From a cyanobacterium endosymbiont of Rhopalodia gibba (lineage in GTDB: Bacteria; Cyanobacteriota; Cyanobacteriia; Cyanobacteriales; Microcystaceae): a stretch of 64,000 bases of DNA. Of the stretch, positions 22,971-33,905 are shown piece after piece. The notes beneath the pieces were generated by a model. That model did no database searches, was not told the origin of the DNA, and was given only the letters and a program-made list of their open reading frames with translations. Within the stretch, counting starts at the first letter, position 1, and each line of letters begins with the position of its first letter. Position numbers and translations under genes: made by a program. The stretch spans positions 2,624,001-2,688,000 of the forward strand of contig CP067995.1 of assembly GCA_045159875.1 (NCBI GenBank), written 5' to 3'.

Positions 22971-24083
22971 ATGAATTTCAATCGCCGTAAATTTTTAATT
23001 ACTAGTGGAGGTTTATGTGGGTTAAGAATTGCCGCTTCAACCTATCCAGGATTGAGAAGTGAGAATACAAACTCTCAACTTCCATCTACCCCCATTCAAA
23101 AATCCAAAAAGACTTCGATTTCTTCCCCTATAGCCGTTGCTCCTCCAGGATTATTCGCTCCTGTACTAGGAGATGCCAGAATTATTGTCATTAGCGATCT
23201 TAATAGTGAATATGGGTCTACTACTTATGAATCAGAAGTTAAACAAGCAATCACCCTTATTCCAGGATGGAAACCTAACTTAATATTGTGTGGGGGAGAT
23301 ATGATTGCTGGACAAAAAAAATCCCTTGCTAAAACCCAAATTCAAGCCATGTGGTCAGCTTTTGATGCTAATATCAGTAACCCTTTACGTCATTTTAATA
23401 TTCCCTTCGGGTTTACCATCGGTAACCATGATGGATCAGGAGCAATTTATCAAGGAAAATATACTTTTGCATCTGAAAGAGAATTAGCCTCAAATTATTG
23501 GAATCAACCGACCCATAATCTGGGATTAAACTTTATTAATCGGGTTAATTTCCCTTTTTACTACAGTTTTATTCAAAATGATGTTTTCTATTTAGTTTTA
23601 GATGCTTCTACCTATATTATCTCCTCTGAACAGTTAACCTGGATCAAAAAAAGTTTAGCAAGTTCTATAGCACAAAAAGCGAGATTGAGACTGGTTATTG
23701 GTCATCTTCCTCTTTATCCTATAGCTGTAGGACGGAATAACGTAGGAAATTTTTTAAGTAATGGAGAAACATTACAATCAGTGTTAGAACACTATAGAGT
23801 TCATACTTATATCAGTGGACATCATCACGCCTATTATCCAGGAAAAAAAGGCCGATTAGAATTACTTCATATCGGTGTGTTGGGAGCAGGTCCCAGGAAG
23901 CTCCTAAACAGTCATAGCATTCCTAGCAAAACCCTAACAGTAGTTGATATTGATCTAAATTTTCAAACTACTAACTATACAACCTATGATATGAAGACTC
24001 TGGAAGTGATCGATATTAAAACATTACCTAAATTTATTGGCAAAGTGCGGCGTAGAGATCTTATGGTTGACTCAAATTCTTGA
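22971..24083 (+). CDS. Tat-exported calcineurin-like metallophosphoesterase
   Basis: NRRKFL twin-arginine signal; ISDLN, GGDM, GNHD, GH, SGHHH motifs. Confidence 0.88.
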   Translation: MNFNRRKFLITSGGLCGLRIAASTYPGLRSENTNSQLPSTPIQKSKKTSISSPIAVAPPGLFAPVLGDARIIVISDLNSEYGSTTYESEVKQAITLIPGWKPNLILCGGDMIAGQKKSLAKTQIQAMWSAFDANISNPLRHFNIPFGFTIGNHDGSGAIYQGKYTFASERELASNYWNQPTHNLGLNFINRVNFPFYYSFIQNDVFYLVLDASTYIISSEQLTWIKKSLASSIAQKARLRLVIGHLPLYPIAVGRNNVGNFLSNGETLQSVLEHYRVHTYISGHHHAYYPGKKGRLELLHIGVLGAGPRKLLNSHSIPSKTLTVVDIDLNFQTTNYTTYDMKTLEVIDIKTLPKFIGKVRRRDLMVDSNS

Positions 24084-24139
24084 CGGGAAATAAACGATTG
24101 ACAAAGAGGTCAATTTTATTGACCTTTTCTAAGTAAAAT

Positions 24140-24737
24140 TCATCGTTCTACTAATTTTGCATTGAACTAATTACGATTAAAAGTCCATCGTTTTAATTCT
24201 TATGACTCAGAACGAGATAATAAATCAAAAATCTCTCGGAACATATCATCAATGGCTTTACATGCAATTTGGACTTCACCACAATACTCCCTTGTTGCTT
24301 TACAACCATAGTCTGAGGAATTACACCATGATAGTAGAACCCTAGTTCTTAAAAAGAAAAGTCGTTTTGAGGAAGAATGGAATCGACATTGAGTAGGTAC
24401 AATGTCAGCAGTTCTATTACAAAATTACTGCATCCGAGAAACAATAATGGTAAATTGCTTAGAATCTTGACTGTTAACTGTTACCAAGATAAAAATTAAA
24501 ACCGTGGGCATTTGCCGTTTTAAAGCATCAGTTAGGCTTAATCTTCTTGGAACCAGAGAACCATTGTTCACATAGACAACAAAAACATTGCCACCAAAAA
24601 TATCATCATCGATATTTGCTCAAGCATTAGAAGTTCCTCTGGTTCTTAAAATTACTCCTATAGCTATGCTCAGGATAAGATAGATTTACATCTGATTGTT
24701 TCGCTAACAATTTTTTATTAGTCTTGATAAACGCCAT
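24140..24737 (-). pseudogene. Thylakoid photosystem I accumulation factor (thioredoxin-like) remnant
   Basis: Fragment NIDDDIFGGNVFVVYVNNGSLVPRRLSLTDAL and C-terminal FNAKLVER with stops and frameshifts. Confidence 0.7.
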
Positions 24738-24805
24738 GGGTATTGAAAACCTTCGCTTTTAAGTTTAGTTAAAATAAAAGCACGAAAAATATTCTAAGAA
24801 ATCTT

Positions 24806-25315
24806 GTGACTCAGCAGCCAACTACAGCACAATCAACCTATCGAAAGATTCTCACACAGACAAAGTTTGCTAATAGCTACTATGCCATTTTAGGACTTTA
24901 TCCGTCCGCTTCTGCCGTCGAAATTCGGAGAGCTTATCGGGAGCTGAGTAAATGTTACCATCCGGATACCACAGACTTACCCTCAGAGGTAGCTACAAAG
25001 CAATTCCAAAAGCTTAATGAAGCCTATGGAACTCTAAGTAATCCTGAAGAGCGATCACTCTACGATTTCAAAATTGGTTATTCTCGTCGGAATGTGATTC
25101 AAACTCTCGATGAGAGTCCACAACAAAAGGTTCTAGGAACTTCCCCATGGCCAAATCCAACGTATTTTGATTCAAGTAATCGTCCTTTGTCAGCCGGAGA
25201 AATTTTCGTTTTGTTCATTTTGGGATTAACTTTTGTAGGATGTATGCTCCTAGTAATCACTATTAGTCTCTTTAGAGGAGATCAAATTTTTTCTTCTACT
25301 GCGGTGCTTCCTTAA
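24806..25315 (+). CDS. J-domain protein with C-terminal TM helix
   Basis: YYAILG, IRRAYRELSKCYHPD, FQKLNEAY; RPLSAGEIF then hydrophobic segment. Confidence 0.88.
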   Translation: MTQQPTTAQSTYRKILTQTKFANSYYAILGLYPSASAVEIRRAYRELSKCYHPDTTDLPSEVATKQFQKLNEAYGTLSNPEERSLYDFKIGYSRRNVIQTLDESPQQKVLGTSPWPNPTYFDSSNRPLSAGEIFVLFILGLTFVGCMLLVITISLFRGDQIFSSTAVLP

Positions 25316-25428
25316 CAACCTACTTTTTAAGTTCTTAAAATCAAGAATAATAAAGTGGTTTGACTACTGACAGACTGGTTAGTGGACTTGTCGAATTTCT
25401 AACTGAGTGGCTTTATTATAACATTCTT

Positions 25429-25640
25429 ATGACATCAACTCCTCTTGAGACTCTTCTTGACAGCCATCCCCTTCTTAAGATTGAAAAATAGCTCGCTGAA
25501 ATTAGCCTAGATATCGGATAATTAGCAGTCTGCTATCCTAATCCTAAAGCAGGAACCATAGATGAAGAGATTACACGGGTTATTAAATACCCTCTAAGTC
25601 GCTAGGGGTTTGAATCGGCCATTTATTTAAATTCTTTAGT
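25429..25640 (+). pseudogene. DUF3143 family remnant
   Basis: MTSTPLETLLDSHPLLKIEK*L ... EEITRVIKYPLSR*GFESAIY; stops and apparent internal deletion. Confidence 0.65.
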
Positions 25641-25843
25641 GATCTTTTTTTGGGAAACGAGACGAAGTGACTCATTTACTAATAAAATAAGAACAAGGGG
25701 CTTGCTGTCCTTCCGAGAACTGCAAGCCGTGGTTTGATTTTGTTACCTTGATTGAAGTAGTAAGCGTTGTTTAGTTTAGCCTCTAAACGACGCTATTTTT
25801 TATTCGCTTAAGTCTAGGGGAACTGGATGGACTAACATTAATT

Positions 25844-26227
25844 TTATTCCTCATAATCATCAAGTTCACCAAGTTGTCTGAGATGAATGTGCTTTCGCCC
25901 TAGGGTAATTTCGAATTCGTCCCCTGGTTGTAAACCCATTTTCTTGGTGTAAGCTGAACCAATCAAAAGGTTACCATTAGATTGCACACTAATTCTATAA
26001 CTAGCTGAACGTCCGCCTCTTCCCTGCCCTTCTGAAGAGCTATCTAATTCAATTCCTTCCGCGTCAATTAAGGCGTTAAGAAATTTCATCATGTTGACTC
26101 GTTCTATACCATTTTTAGTTTGGGTATAGTAGCCACAAGCTCTAGCTTTTTCTTCTTTACCGAGGTTACCTAGCTCTTTAACTTTTTCGACTAATGCTGT
26201 ACCGGTCAGGGGTGTATCTTGACTCAT
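25844..26227 (-). CDS. Cyanobacterial AbrB-like regulator (cyAbrB2/Sll0822 type)
   Basis: KEEKARACGYY..RVNMMKFLNALIDAEG, GRSASYRISVQSNGNLLIGSAYT. Confidence 0.92.
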   Translation of the reverse strand: MSQDTPLTGTALVEKVKELGNLGKEEKARACGYYTQTKNGIERVNMMKFLNALIDAEGIELDSSSEGQGRGGRSASYRISVQSNGNLLIGSAYTKKMGLQPGDEFEITLGRKHIHLRQLGELDDYEE

Positions 26228-26541
26228 TAACTTAAACAGTAACTAAATGAATAATATGGTTGATAGATTAGAAATCTAAGATGACATCGAGAAACTCAAA
26301 AAGTGCCACGATTACTAACTATCTCCCCTTCCATTTTACACACAACAAGTAAACTTTATCTACCATCTGACCAGATCAATAATAATCTATTACTCTCGCT
26401 CTTTAAACAAGAATCATCTACAGAATTTACAAATATTTGAGTCTCAGGGTTTTTGTTGAGAAAAACGTGTTATAAAATCAACAACATACCCTTTAACAGT
26501 GCCTTATAGTCTACTTAAAACTAAAGGAACAAACTAAGCAA

Positions 26542-26985
26542 ATGAAGTTAACAACTCGCAGTCATTATAGCGTTAAAGCCTTGCTGGATCTTAGCTTACA
26601 GCCTAACTATGGTCCAACTTCAGTAAAAGCGATAGCAAGACGACAAGATTTACCAGCTCCTTACTTAGAAAAATTACTGATTGAAATGCGTCATTCTGGG
26701 TTAGTTAAGTCAGTGCGTGGTTCTCAAGGAGGCTATCAATTAGCGTGTCAACCTAGTCAAATTTCCCTAGGACAAATTCTGGATGCAGTTGAAGAAAAAA
26801 ACCAACCTTTGTCAGGTTATCAGCCTGATCTTACTCAAGGATCAGATTGGGTTGCATTTAGTTTATGGAAGCGGCTTCATGAGAAACTTAAAGAGGCACT
26901 TTACAAGATTACTCTTGCTGATCTTTATTATGATGCTCGCAGTTGGCAGGCCTCTCAAGGAGAAGCCACAAGTTTTGTAGTGTAA
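26542..26985 (+). CDS. Rrf2 family transcriptional regulator
   Basis: MKLTTRSHYSVKALLDL, YLEKLL, VKSVRGSQGGYQLA; lacks the IscR Cys triad. Confidence 0.92.
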   Translation: MKLTTRSHYSVKALLDLSLQPNYGPTSVKAIARRQDLPAPYLEKLLIEMRHSGLVKSVRGSQGGYQLACQPSQISLGQILDAVEEKNQPLSGYQPDLTQGSDWVAFSLWKRLHEKLKEALYKITLADLYYDARSWQASQGEATSFVV

Positions 26986-27245
26986 GAGATTAATATTTAA
27001 TATTTAAAAATTAATTGAGTCACTATAAAACTTGCTGTAATTTTTATGTGTTTAGCTTACGTATCGCCGTTAAATAGCATTTGACTATTAATTAGGATTG
27101 CTCAATTTATTACAAACAAAGTTTCTTGATTAATTGAAAAGTTTTAAACAGTTTAATGAGGATAATTGAGCAAGAAATGTAAATAAAATTAGAAACTTTA
27201 ATAACCTCACCTAAAAAATAGTTTAAGCTAGAAAATGATCAGATT

Positions 27246-28232
27246 ATGAAGACAAATCTAGAAGCAATTATTTTAGGAATAGCGGCCATAATTGATTATG
27301 GAATAGGCGACCCTGAAGAGTGGTGGCATCCCGTACAAGGGATAGGATGTGCTATCTCAAGGTTAAGTAACGTTGCAATCATCACTTCTCAAAGAAAATG
27401 GCAACGTCACTGGTGGGGAATTATCCTAGGGTTAGGGATAATTCTTGGTAGTGGAACTACTAGTTGGATAATCATTTATCTGGCTAAAAATATTCATTTC
27501 TTGTTAGGAATTGTAGTCCAAAGCATTCTCTTAGCAAGTTGTTTTGCAGCCCGAAGTTTATGGTTTGCAGCCGAAGCAGTTCTTTCTTCTTTAGTCAAAG
27601 GAAATATTGTAGTTGCGCGGGCTCAACTTAGTCAATATGTAGGAAGGAATACAGATAATCTCTCGGAAGAAGAAATCTTACGCGCTATCCTAGAAATGGT
27701 CTCAGAAAATGCTGTCGATGGGGTAACAAGCCCGTTATTTTATGCAATCGTTGGGGCATTTTTTCCAGGAATTGGGTTGGTCCCTTTTGCATTCGGTTAT
27801 AAAGCGGTGAGCACCCTTGATTCAATGATTGGTTATCAAAAAGATCCTTTTAAAGATTTAGGCTGGTTTAGTGCAAAGTTGGAGGATTATTTAACTTGGT
27901 TGCCCTGTCGTTTGACCGTATTAACCTTAGCCTTAATATCAGGAAAACCCCTAGCTGTTTTATCAATCTGTCGTCGGGATGCTCCCCATGATCCCAGTCC
28001 AAATTCAGGTTGGAGTGAATGTGTTTACGCAGCTATTTTAGGAGTTCAATTAGGGGGTACCAATACTTACCAAAGCGAATTAAAACACAAGCCGTTATTA
28101 GGAGATTTCCTACATCCAATTACCCCAACAATTATCTATCAAGCTTTACAATTAACTCAGATTTGTTTTCTTTTATGGTTGGGATTAGGGATAGTGGGTT
28201 TATTTTGCCTGACAAATTCAACATTCTCTTGA
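27246..28232 (+). CDS. cbiB: Adenosylcobinamide-phosphate synthase
   Basis: GDP..WHPV, VGRNT, SENAVDG, YKAVSTLDSMIGY, SPNSGW. Confidence 0.93.
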   Translation: MKTNLEAIILGIAAIIDYGIGDPEEWWHPVQGIGCAISRLSNVAIITSQRKWQRHWWGIILGLGIILGSGTTSWIIIYLAKNIHFLLGIVVQSILLASCFAARSLWFAAEAVLSSLVKGNIVVARAQLSQYVGRNTDNLSEEEILRAILEMVSENAVDGVTSPLFYAIVGAFFPGIGLVPFAFGYKAVSTLDSMIGYQKDPFKDLGWFSAKLEDYLTWLPCRLTVLTLALISGKPLAVLSICRRDAPHDPSPNSGWSECVYAAILGVQLGGTNTYQSELKHKPLLGDFLHPITPTIIYQALQLTQICFLLWLGLGIVGLFCLTNSTFS

Positions 28233-28311
28233 CCTTACTACAAACTTCTATTTCTAAATCGTTGATTCTCTGTTTTATAAGGTTAACTTGGTTATCCCTA
28301 CTATCTTTTGT

Positions 28312-29376
28312 TCAACTTGATTGCACTTCAGCCAAAGCCTTTATTAATCGTTGGTTCTCAGCATCGGTTCTCACTGCTACGCGAAAATAGCTGTCGCCTA
28401 ATCCAGGGAAATTTAGACAATCACGGATAAAGATCTGATGTTTTTTTAATAATTTCTGTTGTAGCTGGGAACTAGGAACTTGGGTTTTCACTAACAAAAA
28501 ATTAGCGGCACTGGGGAACGGTTGTAATCCCTTAAGGTTTGATAATCCTTTCAATAATCCTTTTTTGCTAGCAACTAACCAAGACCAAGTTTGCTGTTGA
28601 AACTCGTGATCATTGATTACTGCCTCTCCCACGGCTACCGCTAGGCTATTAACAGACCAAGGATCTCGCCACAATTGCCATTGTTGGAGACGATGAGGAT
28701 GGGCAATTGCGTATCCTAATCGGAGCCCAGGAATACTATAAAATTTGGTGAGTGATCGTATAATCACCAAATTTGGATAATCGCCCACTATCGGAATTAA
28801 GCTTTGTTGCTCATGAGGGGGTAAAAAGTCCATAAAGGCCTCATCAACTACCACTAAAGCAAATTTTTCAAGTAAGGGTAATAAAATATCCCGATGAAAC
28901 AACTTCCCTGTGGGATTATGAGGATTGTTGATGATCACTCCGCTCGATTGCGGATCAACAGGAGCTAAGTTCAGGGAACAAGTTTTTCTTTCCCAAGAGA
29001 AGGGGCAAGACTTTACCTTAGCACCAAATCCTTGTAGAGCGCGCCAATAGTCCCAAAACCCAGGAACCATTAAGTAAGTGAGCTTTAGATTAGCTAATTC
29101 CCGACCTGCCCAGGTCAATAGTTCGGATGCTCCATTACCGGGAATAATCCAATCAGGTGAGATGTTATGTAATTGTCCTAAGGCTAATCGCAATCGAAGA
29201 TAATGGGGATCAGGATAATGAGTAACAGAGGTTATTCCTTGCTGAAAAGCGGTGATCGCACTGTTAGGAGGTCCCAAAGGATTAATACTAGCAGAAAAAT
29301 CTATAATAGAAGTGACTGGACAGCCTGCTTGATTCGCTGCCCAGGTTAAGTTTCCTCCATGGATAGGCCGTTTCAT
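28312..29376 (-). CDS. cobD: Threonine-phosphate decarboxylase
   Basis: HGGN, DFSASINPLG, NPHNPTG, VDEAFMDF, RSLTKFYSIPGLRLGY; start placed at MKRPIH. Confidence 0.9.
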   Translation of the reverse strand: MKRPIHGGNLTWAANQAGCPVTSIIDFSASINPLGPPNSAITAFQQGITSVTHYPDPHYLRLRLALGQLHNISPDWIIPGNGASELLTWAGRELANLKLTYLMVPGFWDYWRALQGFGAKVKSCPFSWERKTCSLNLAPVDPQSSGVIINNPHNPTGKLFHRDILLPLLEKFALVVVDEAFMDFLPPHEQQSLIPIVGDYPNLVIIRSLTKFYSIPGLRLGYAIAHPHRLQQWQLWRDPWSVNSLAVAVGEAVINDHEFQQQTWSWLVASKKGLLKGLSNLKGLQPFPSAANFLLVKTQVPSSQLQQKLLKKHQIFIRDCLNFPGLGDSYFRVAVRTDAENQRLIKALAEVQSS

Positions 29377-29392
29377 ATTAACGGAATAACAC

Positions 29393-29674
29393 TTATGACT
29401 TGGGTGCAACTTTTTCCTTAAATAGTTTCCCCGCAGAAAATGCCGGAACCCTTGTCGCAGGAATTAACATTTTTTCGTTCGTTTTTGGGTTACGTCCTTC
29501 ACGAGCTTTGCGATCGCGTGCCTCAAAAGAGCCAAAACCAACAAGAGTAACTTTATCGTCTCCGGAGACTGCTTCCATGATGGTGTCAATGGTAGCCGAA
29601 ATAACTGCTTCAGCCTGCTTTTTGGTGACATCGGCTCTATATGCTACTGCGTCAATCAATTCGCCTTTATTCAT
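29393..29674 (-). CDS. hup: DNA-binding protein HU
   Basis: MNKGELIDAVA..VTLVGFGSFE..RKAREGRNPKT; AGGGAG RBS upstream. Confidence 0.96.
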   Translation of the reverse strand: MNKGELIDAVAYRADVTKKQAEAVISATIDTIMEAVSGDDKVTLVGFGSFEARDRKAREGRNPKTNEKMLIPATRVPAFSAGKLFKEKVAPKS

Positions 29675-30989
29675 ACGAGAATCTCCCTTTGTTCTTAATT
29701 TAATGGTTTTTAGGATAAATTTCTCCAGGGACATCTTGCCATAGGAAATTTTTCTAAGGAGCCAATTAGAGAAATGTTAGTTTGGGGAAATTCCCCAAAT
29801 CCTCATAGGCTAGATGTTTCACTGCATTATTCTAAGCCCTATTTGTCTTCTTTGGGATAGCTTAAACCTTTAATTTCTGTAGATTTTGTCGACTTTTTTG
29901 GAAATTTGTTCCCTAAACTTGTCCATTGTGTCTTAAAATATTTAAGAGAAAACTAGCAATAACGGAGTGAAAGCTTAAATAATTAAAATGTAGACGAATA
30001 TAAATTGAGAAAATTAAAACTAAATAGATTTTAAGTAAGTAGCTTTTAATTAAAATTAACAAATAGATTACTTTATATCTCTATATTAAAGTAATTAAAG
30101 TTAAATCCATATTGCTGAAAATTATATTTTATTTAACATAAATTTTAAACAAGGACTTACTTAATTAAGTAGCTAGATTATATTTTTAGACAAATATAAT
30201 TTTAGTAATTTTATGAAGTTTGTTTTGTAGAATTTTTTTTTATTAAATTTATTCCTAGACTCTAGGTTAAAGTAAAACTACTTTTACTTAGTAACTGTTA
30301 AGAATAATTGCCTTATTTGTCACTTTACCTTTGCAGTATTTTTTGGTTTGTCTACTTTTTCTTGTTTTCTTTAGAAAATGGCTCGGTTTATATATTTAAC
30401 TCTTTTTTAAAACTTCAGTAATTGTAGGAAAATATAATTTTAACACCGCTAAACTTATAAGAATATATATAATAAATTTGATAAAATCATAATTGCTTAA
30501 TTTTTTTTATGAGAGCTCTTCAAAATTTTTTGTTTTTTATTCTTTACCAAGTTTTTTTCTCCCACTTTTCAAGTAATTCTATAATTCTTATCTTCCTCAA
30601 ATAATCTATTTAAGAATTATTTTTATAAATACATTCCCTGATAGTCTGAGCTAATCTATAATTTCTTTAATTTTCCATTATCTTGGATTCAAACATGATA
30701 CTTTTACTTTTGTTTTCGTCTTGTAAAAAATTTTTTAGGTGTGAATAAAATTTGATAATTTTCGTTCTTCTAAATAACTTGAGATAGATTTTTAGGCAGT
30801 CTGCCATACAATAATTAATGAGCGCTCTTTTTTGAATATAATTATTTATATTTAAAATTTAGTGATAGGATTATCGTCAAACTGTTTGAGAAATTTAGGG
30901 TAATCACCAGAAGTTGATGAAAGACTGGACTTTTGAATAATGAATAAAAGCTTAAACTGTACCGTATCTACATAAAAACGAATTATCAG

Positions 30990-31230
30990 GAACAGTTATG
31001 ATAGACGACGATGAGGGTAGCAATGTATATAAAGAACACATAGAGGAATAGAGGACTGAGCCTTCTTATCTCGGAACAGACATCGTCCTAGAAAATATAA
31101 TGGTGACGGGTCGGTCAGGTATAAAGGGTAACAGTAAAGTCAAATGACTGAAACCCTTGTCTAGTCAAAAGGGGTTAGAAGAGACAATCTCCGGCGTTTA
31201 TAGCGTAAGCACGGAAGGTGAGCGGGTCAA
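30990..31230 (+). mobile_element. IS200/IS605 (tnpB) right-end remnant
   Basis: Relatively GC-rich island ending in caatctccggcg...cggaaggtgagcgggTCAA, resembling the subterminal hairpin plus TCAA end. Confidence 0.45.
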
Positions 31231-31250
31231 AAGCTTAGATTTTAATTACA

Positions 31251-31877
31251 ATGATTTCCATGGCTAATCAAACGGATCTTTCTCCAGAACAATATCAGCA
31301 AAAAATGCAGCGACGTAAGAAGGCACAAGCACAACGTCTGGCCCAAGCGTCTAATGAAAAAGGACTTGTTATCGTTAATACTGGTAATGGGAAAGGAAAA
31401 ACGACAGCCGCTTTGGGGATGGTTATAAGAGCCCTTGGACATGGATTTCGAGTGGCTATCGTCCAATTTATTAAAGGAGCTTGGGAACCTGGAGAAAAAG
31501 AGGTACTAAGTCGGTGGGGGGACCAACTGGAATTTTATGCTATGGGGGAAGGATTTACATGGGAAACCCAGGATCAAGAACGAGATATTGAAAATGTCCA
31601 AGTTGCCTGGGAAAAAGGGTTGTCTTTTATTTGTAACAAAAAGTATCGATTAGTGTTACTCGATGAAATTAATGTTGCCTTAAAATTGGGCTATCTCGAT
31701 GTAGATACGGTTTTAAAAGGATTGTCCCAAAAACCGTTCATTACTCACGTCATATTGACAGGACGCGGTGCACTCCCCTCCTTAATAGAAAGGGCGGACT
31801 TAGTGACGGAAATGACCCTAATTAAGCATCCTTTTAAAGAACAAGGGGTGAGAGCTCAAGCAGGGATTGAATTTTAG
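31251..31877 (+). CDS. cobO: Cob(I)alamin adenosyltransferase
   Basis: TGNGKGKTTAALG, QFIKG, MGEGFTW, LDEIN, TGR, GIEF. Confidence 0.96.
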   Translation: MISMANQTDLSPEQYQQKMQRRKKAQAQRLAQASNEKGLVIVNTGNGKGKTTAALGMVIRALGHGFRVAIVQFIKGAWEPGEKEVLSRWGDQLEFYAMGEGFTWETQDQERDIENVQVAWEKGLSFICNKKYRLVLLDEINVALKLGYLDVDTVLKGLSQKPFITHVILTGRGALPSLIERADLVTEMTLIKHPFKEQGVRAQAGIEF

Positions 31878-32408
31878 TCAATTTGAAGATAAACAAGCAT
31901 CCAGGATGCGTTGGTCGTTGTCACTGAGATCACCAAGACGATGGTATCCTTCTAACGTGACTTCTGAAGATCGTTTACTGTTGGTAGCTACTGGAGAGAC
32001 AACCTGTAAACCAATGGTATAATCGTATTTTATGCCATCGTGAGGATCGACAATAGAAAGATTTATTTGACGACTATCAAAACTACCTGAAAAACAGTTA
32101 AATTCTGATCTCGGCATATAGAATGCCCCAATGACTTCCCCTTTTTGAACTTTAAAGACTAAATATTCTTGTCCCATAGTTTCTGGTTCTGGTGATCGCC
32201 CATACAGATAAACTCCGTTAGCTAAGGCACTAGTTCGCGTTAAGGAAACTTCCTCAGATGAATTCTCTTGACTATAAGATGAATTTTCTTCAGCTGCCTG
32301 TACAAAATGACCACTAATTGTCCCTGAACTAATGAGCATACTCAGAGATACTATAGGTAACAATCGGAGATGTGTGAGTGAAAATAAGAATGTTGGAACA
32401 AAAGACAT
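31878..32408 (-). CDS. Conserved cyanobacterial exported hypothetical protein
   Basis: Signal-like N-terminus; GVYLYGRSPEP..GQEYLVF..GAFYMPRSEFNCF. Confidence 0.75.
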   Translation of the reverse strand: MSFVPTFLFSLTHLRLLPIVSLSMLISSGTISGHFVQAAEENSSYSQENSSEEVSLTRTSALANGVYLYGRSPEPETMGQEYLVFKVQKGEVIGAFYMPRSEFNCFSGSFDSRQINLSIVDPHDGIKYDYTIGLQVVSPVATNSKRSSEVTLEGYHRLGDLSDNDQRILDACLSSN

Positions 32409-32835
32409 TTGATTTGCCTGAACATATGAACTAATATCAATTACAAGAAATGTGCTTATTTAAGCTAATATCGAGACTGGGAGGAAGTGCTCATTGGGGA
32501 CAATCCTTTGTGCTATTATGTTAGATGATGTTGTTGAACTCGTTGTATCCAAACATGCTTGATTGAACCATTTTTCCTTGGAAAAACAGAACTGATAAAA
32601 ACACCACATCTGCTCGGTTCAACTTGTTTTTAAAGCAATTATTTAACTGTCCCACCAAACACTGCTGGGAGCTGACGTTAATTAGCTCAAAAAAGTTTCC
32701 CCACTACCATTTTCATTGTGCAGTAGTTTTCTAGAATAGGAGAACTTTTTTCTTAAGTTTTAATAAATGATCAATAAATAGAAAAAATTTTGATTAACTG
32801 TAACAATTAATTTTTATCAAATAATTTTTTTTACG

Positions 32836-32872
32836 AAAAAAAACGATCGTTGAGAAGACGACCGTTTTTTTT
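32836..32872 (-). terminator. Probable intrinsic terminator of the sigma factor gene
   Basis: aaaaaaaacgatcgtt gagaa gacgaccgtttttttt hairpin with A/T tails. Confidence 0.55.
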
Positions 32873-32918
32873 CCATCTAAGCTGATGTTTGTAGAATATC
32901 CGATGACTAGAAATTGAT

Positions 32919-33905
32919 TTAACTAGCTGCCAAATATTCCTTGACATTTGCTTTACTTCTACGTAAGTGGGCTAAGGCTTGATGTTCTAATTGACGAACT
33001 CTTTCACGACTAATATTGAGCTTTTCACCAATTTTGGCTAAAGATAGTTCTTTTCCATCCTCCAGTCCGAAGCGCAAGGTAAGGATCATCTGTTGCTGTG
33101 GAGTTAACCCCTTCATTAAGTTTCTCAAGTCTTGGCGTAGTAACTCTTGGGTAATGTAGTTGTCAGGAGAAACACCTCGATCTTCTAGAAGTTCTAAAAG
33201 TTCTGTGTCTTGATTATCCCCGACCCTGACATCTAGGGAAATAGGTTGATGCGCTACGCTCAAATACTCCCGAATTTGGGAAGCTTCGAGATTTAAAATT
33301 TCACCAATTTCGGTAGGGGTAGCACTGTGACCTAGTTTTTGAGACAGTTCTCGTTGGATTTTCTTGATTTTGTTGAGTTTTTCAGTGATGTGAATAGGCA
33401 GGCGAATAGTGTGAGCCTGTTGGGCAATTGCTCGAGTAATTGCTTGACGAATCCACCAATAAGCGTAGGTAGAGAACTTATAGCCTTTAGTTGGATCAAA
33501 TTTCTCAACTCCTCGCTCTAACCCTAAACTTCCTTCTTGGATAAGATCAAGAAATTCCATATTGCGCTTCTGATACTTCTTGGCAATAGCAACCACTAGG
33601 CGCAAGTTGGCTTCAACCATTTTACGCTTTACCCGATTTCCTTGGTCAATGGTTTTTTTAAGGTTGGCTTGGCTAAGTTTAACAGCTTTTGCCCATTCTT
33701 TAAGACTTGGTTCATGTCCTAAGTCTTGAGTAAGTCGCTCTTTTATTTCCAAAAGAGACATCATTCTTTGTACTTGTTTCCCATATATAATTTCTTGCTC
33801 ATGGGTTAGCAGAGGCACCCGTCCAATTTCATGCAGATAAGTCCGCACCATATCTGCTGAGTACATAGGCTGCTTCGTTTTTAAGTTGACATTGGCAGTG
33901 GGCAT
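32919..33905 (-). CDS. sigB: Group 2 RNA polymerase sigma-70 factor (SigB-like)
   Basis: [59 protein letters not shown]; no region 1.1. Confidence 0.85.
   Translation of the reverse strand: MPTANVNLKTKQPMYSADMVRTYLHEIGRVPLLTHEQEIIYGKQVQRMMSLLEIKERLTQDLGHEPSLKEWAKAVKLSQANLKKTIDQGNRVKRKMVEANLRLVVAIAKKYQKRNMEFLDLIQEGSLGLERGVEKFDPTKGYKFSTYAYWWIRQAITRAIAQQAHTIRLPIHITEKLNKIKKIQRELSQKLGHSATPTEIGEILNLEASQIREYLSVAHQPISLDVRVGDNQDTELLELLEDRGVSPDNYITQELLRQDLRNLMKGLTPQQQMILTLRFGLEDGKELSLAKIGEKLNISRERVRQLEHQALAHLRRSKANVKEYLAAS

Noticed and set aside
30990..31240. Cobalamin riboswitch upstream of cobO
   Set aside because: No recognisable B12-box or conserved GGGAA/GCCACTG core; resembles an IS605 end instead.
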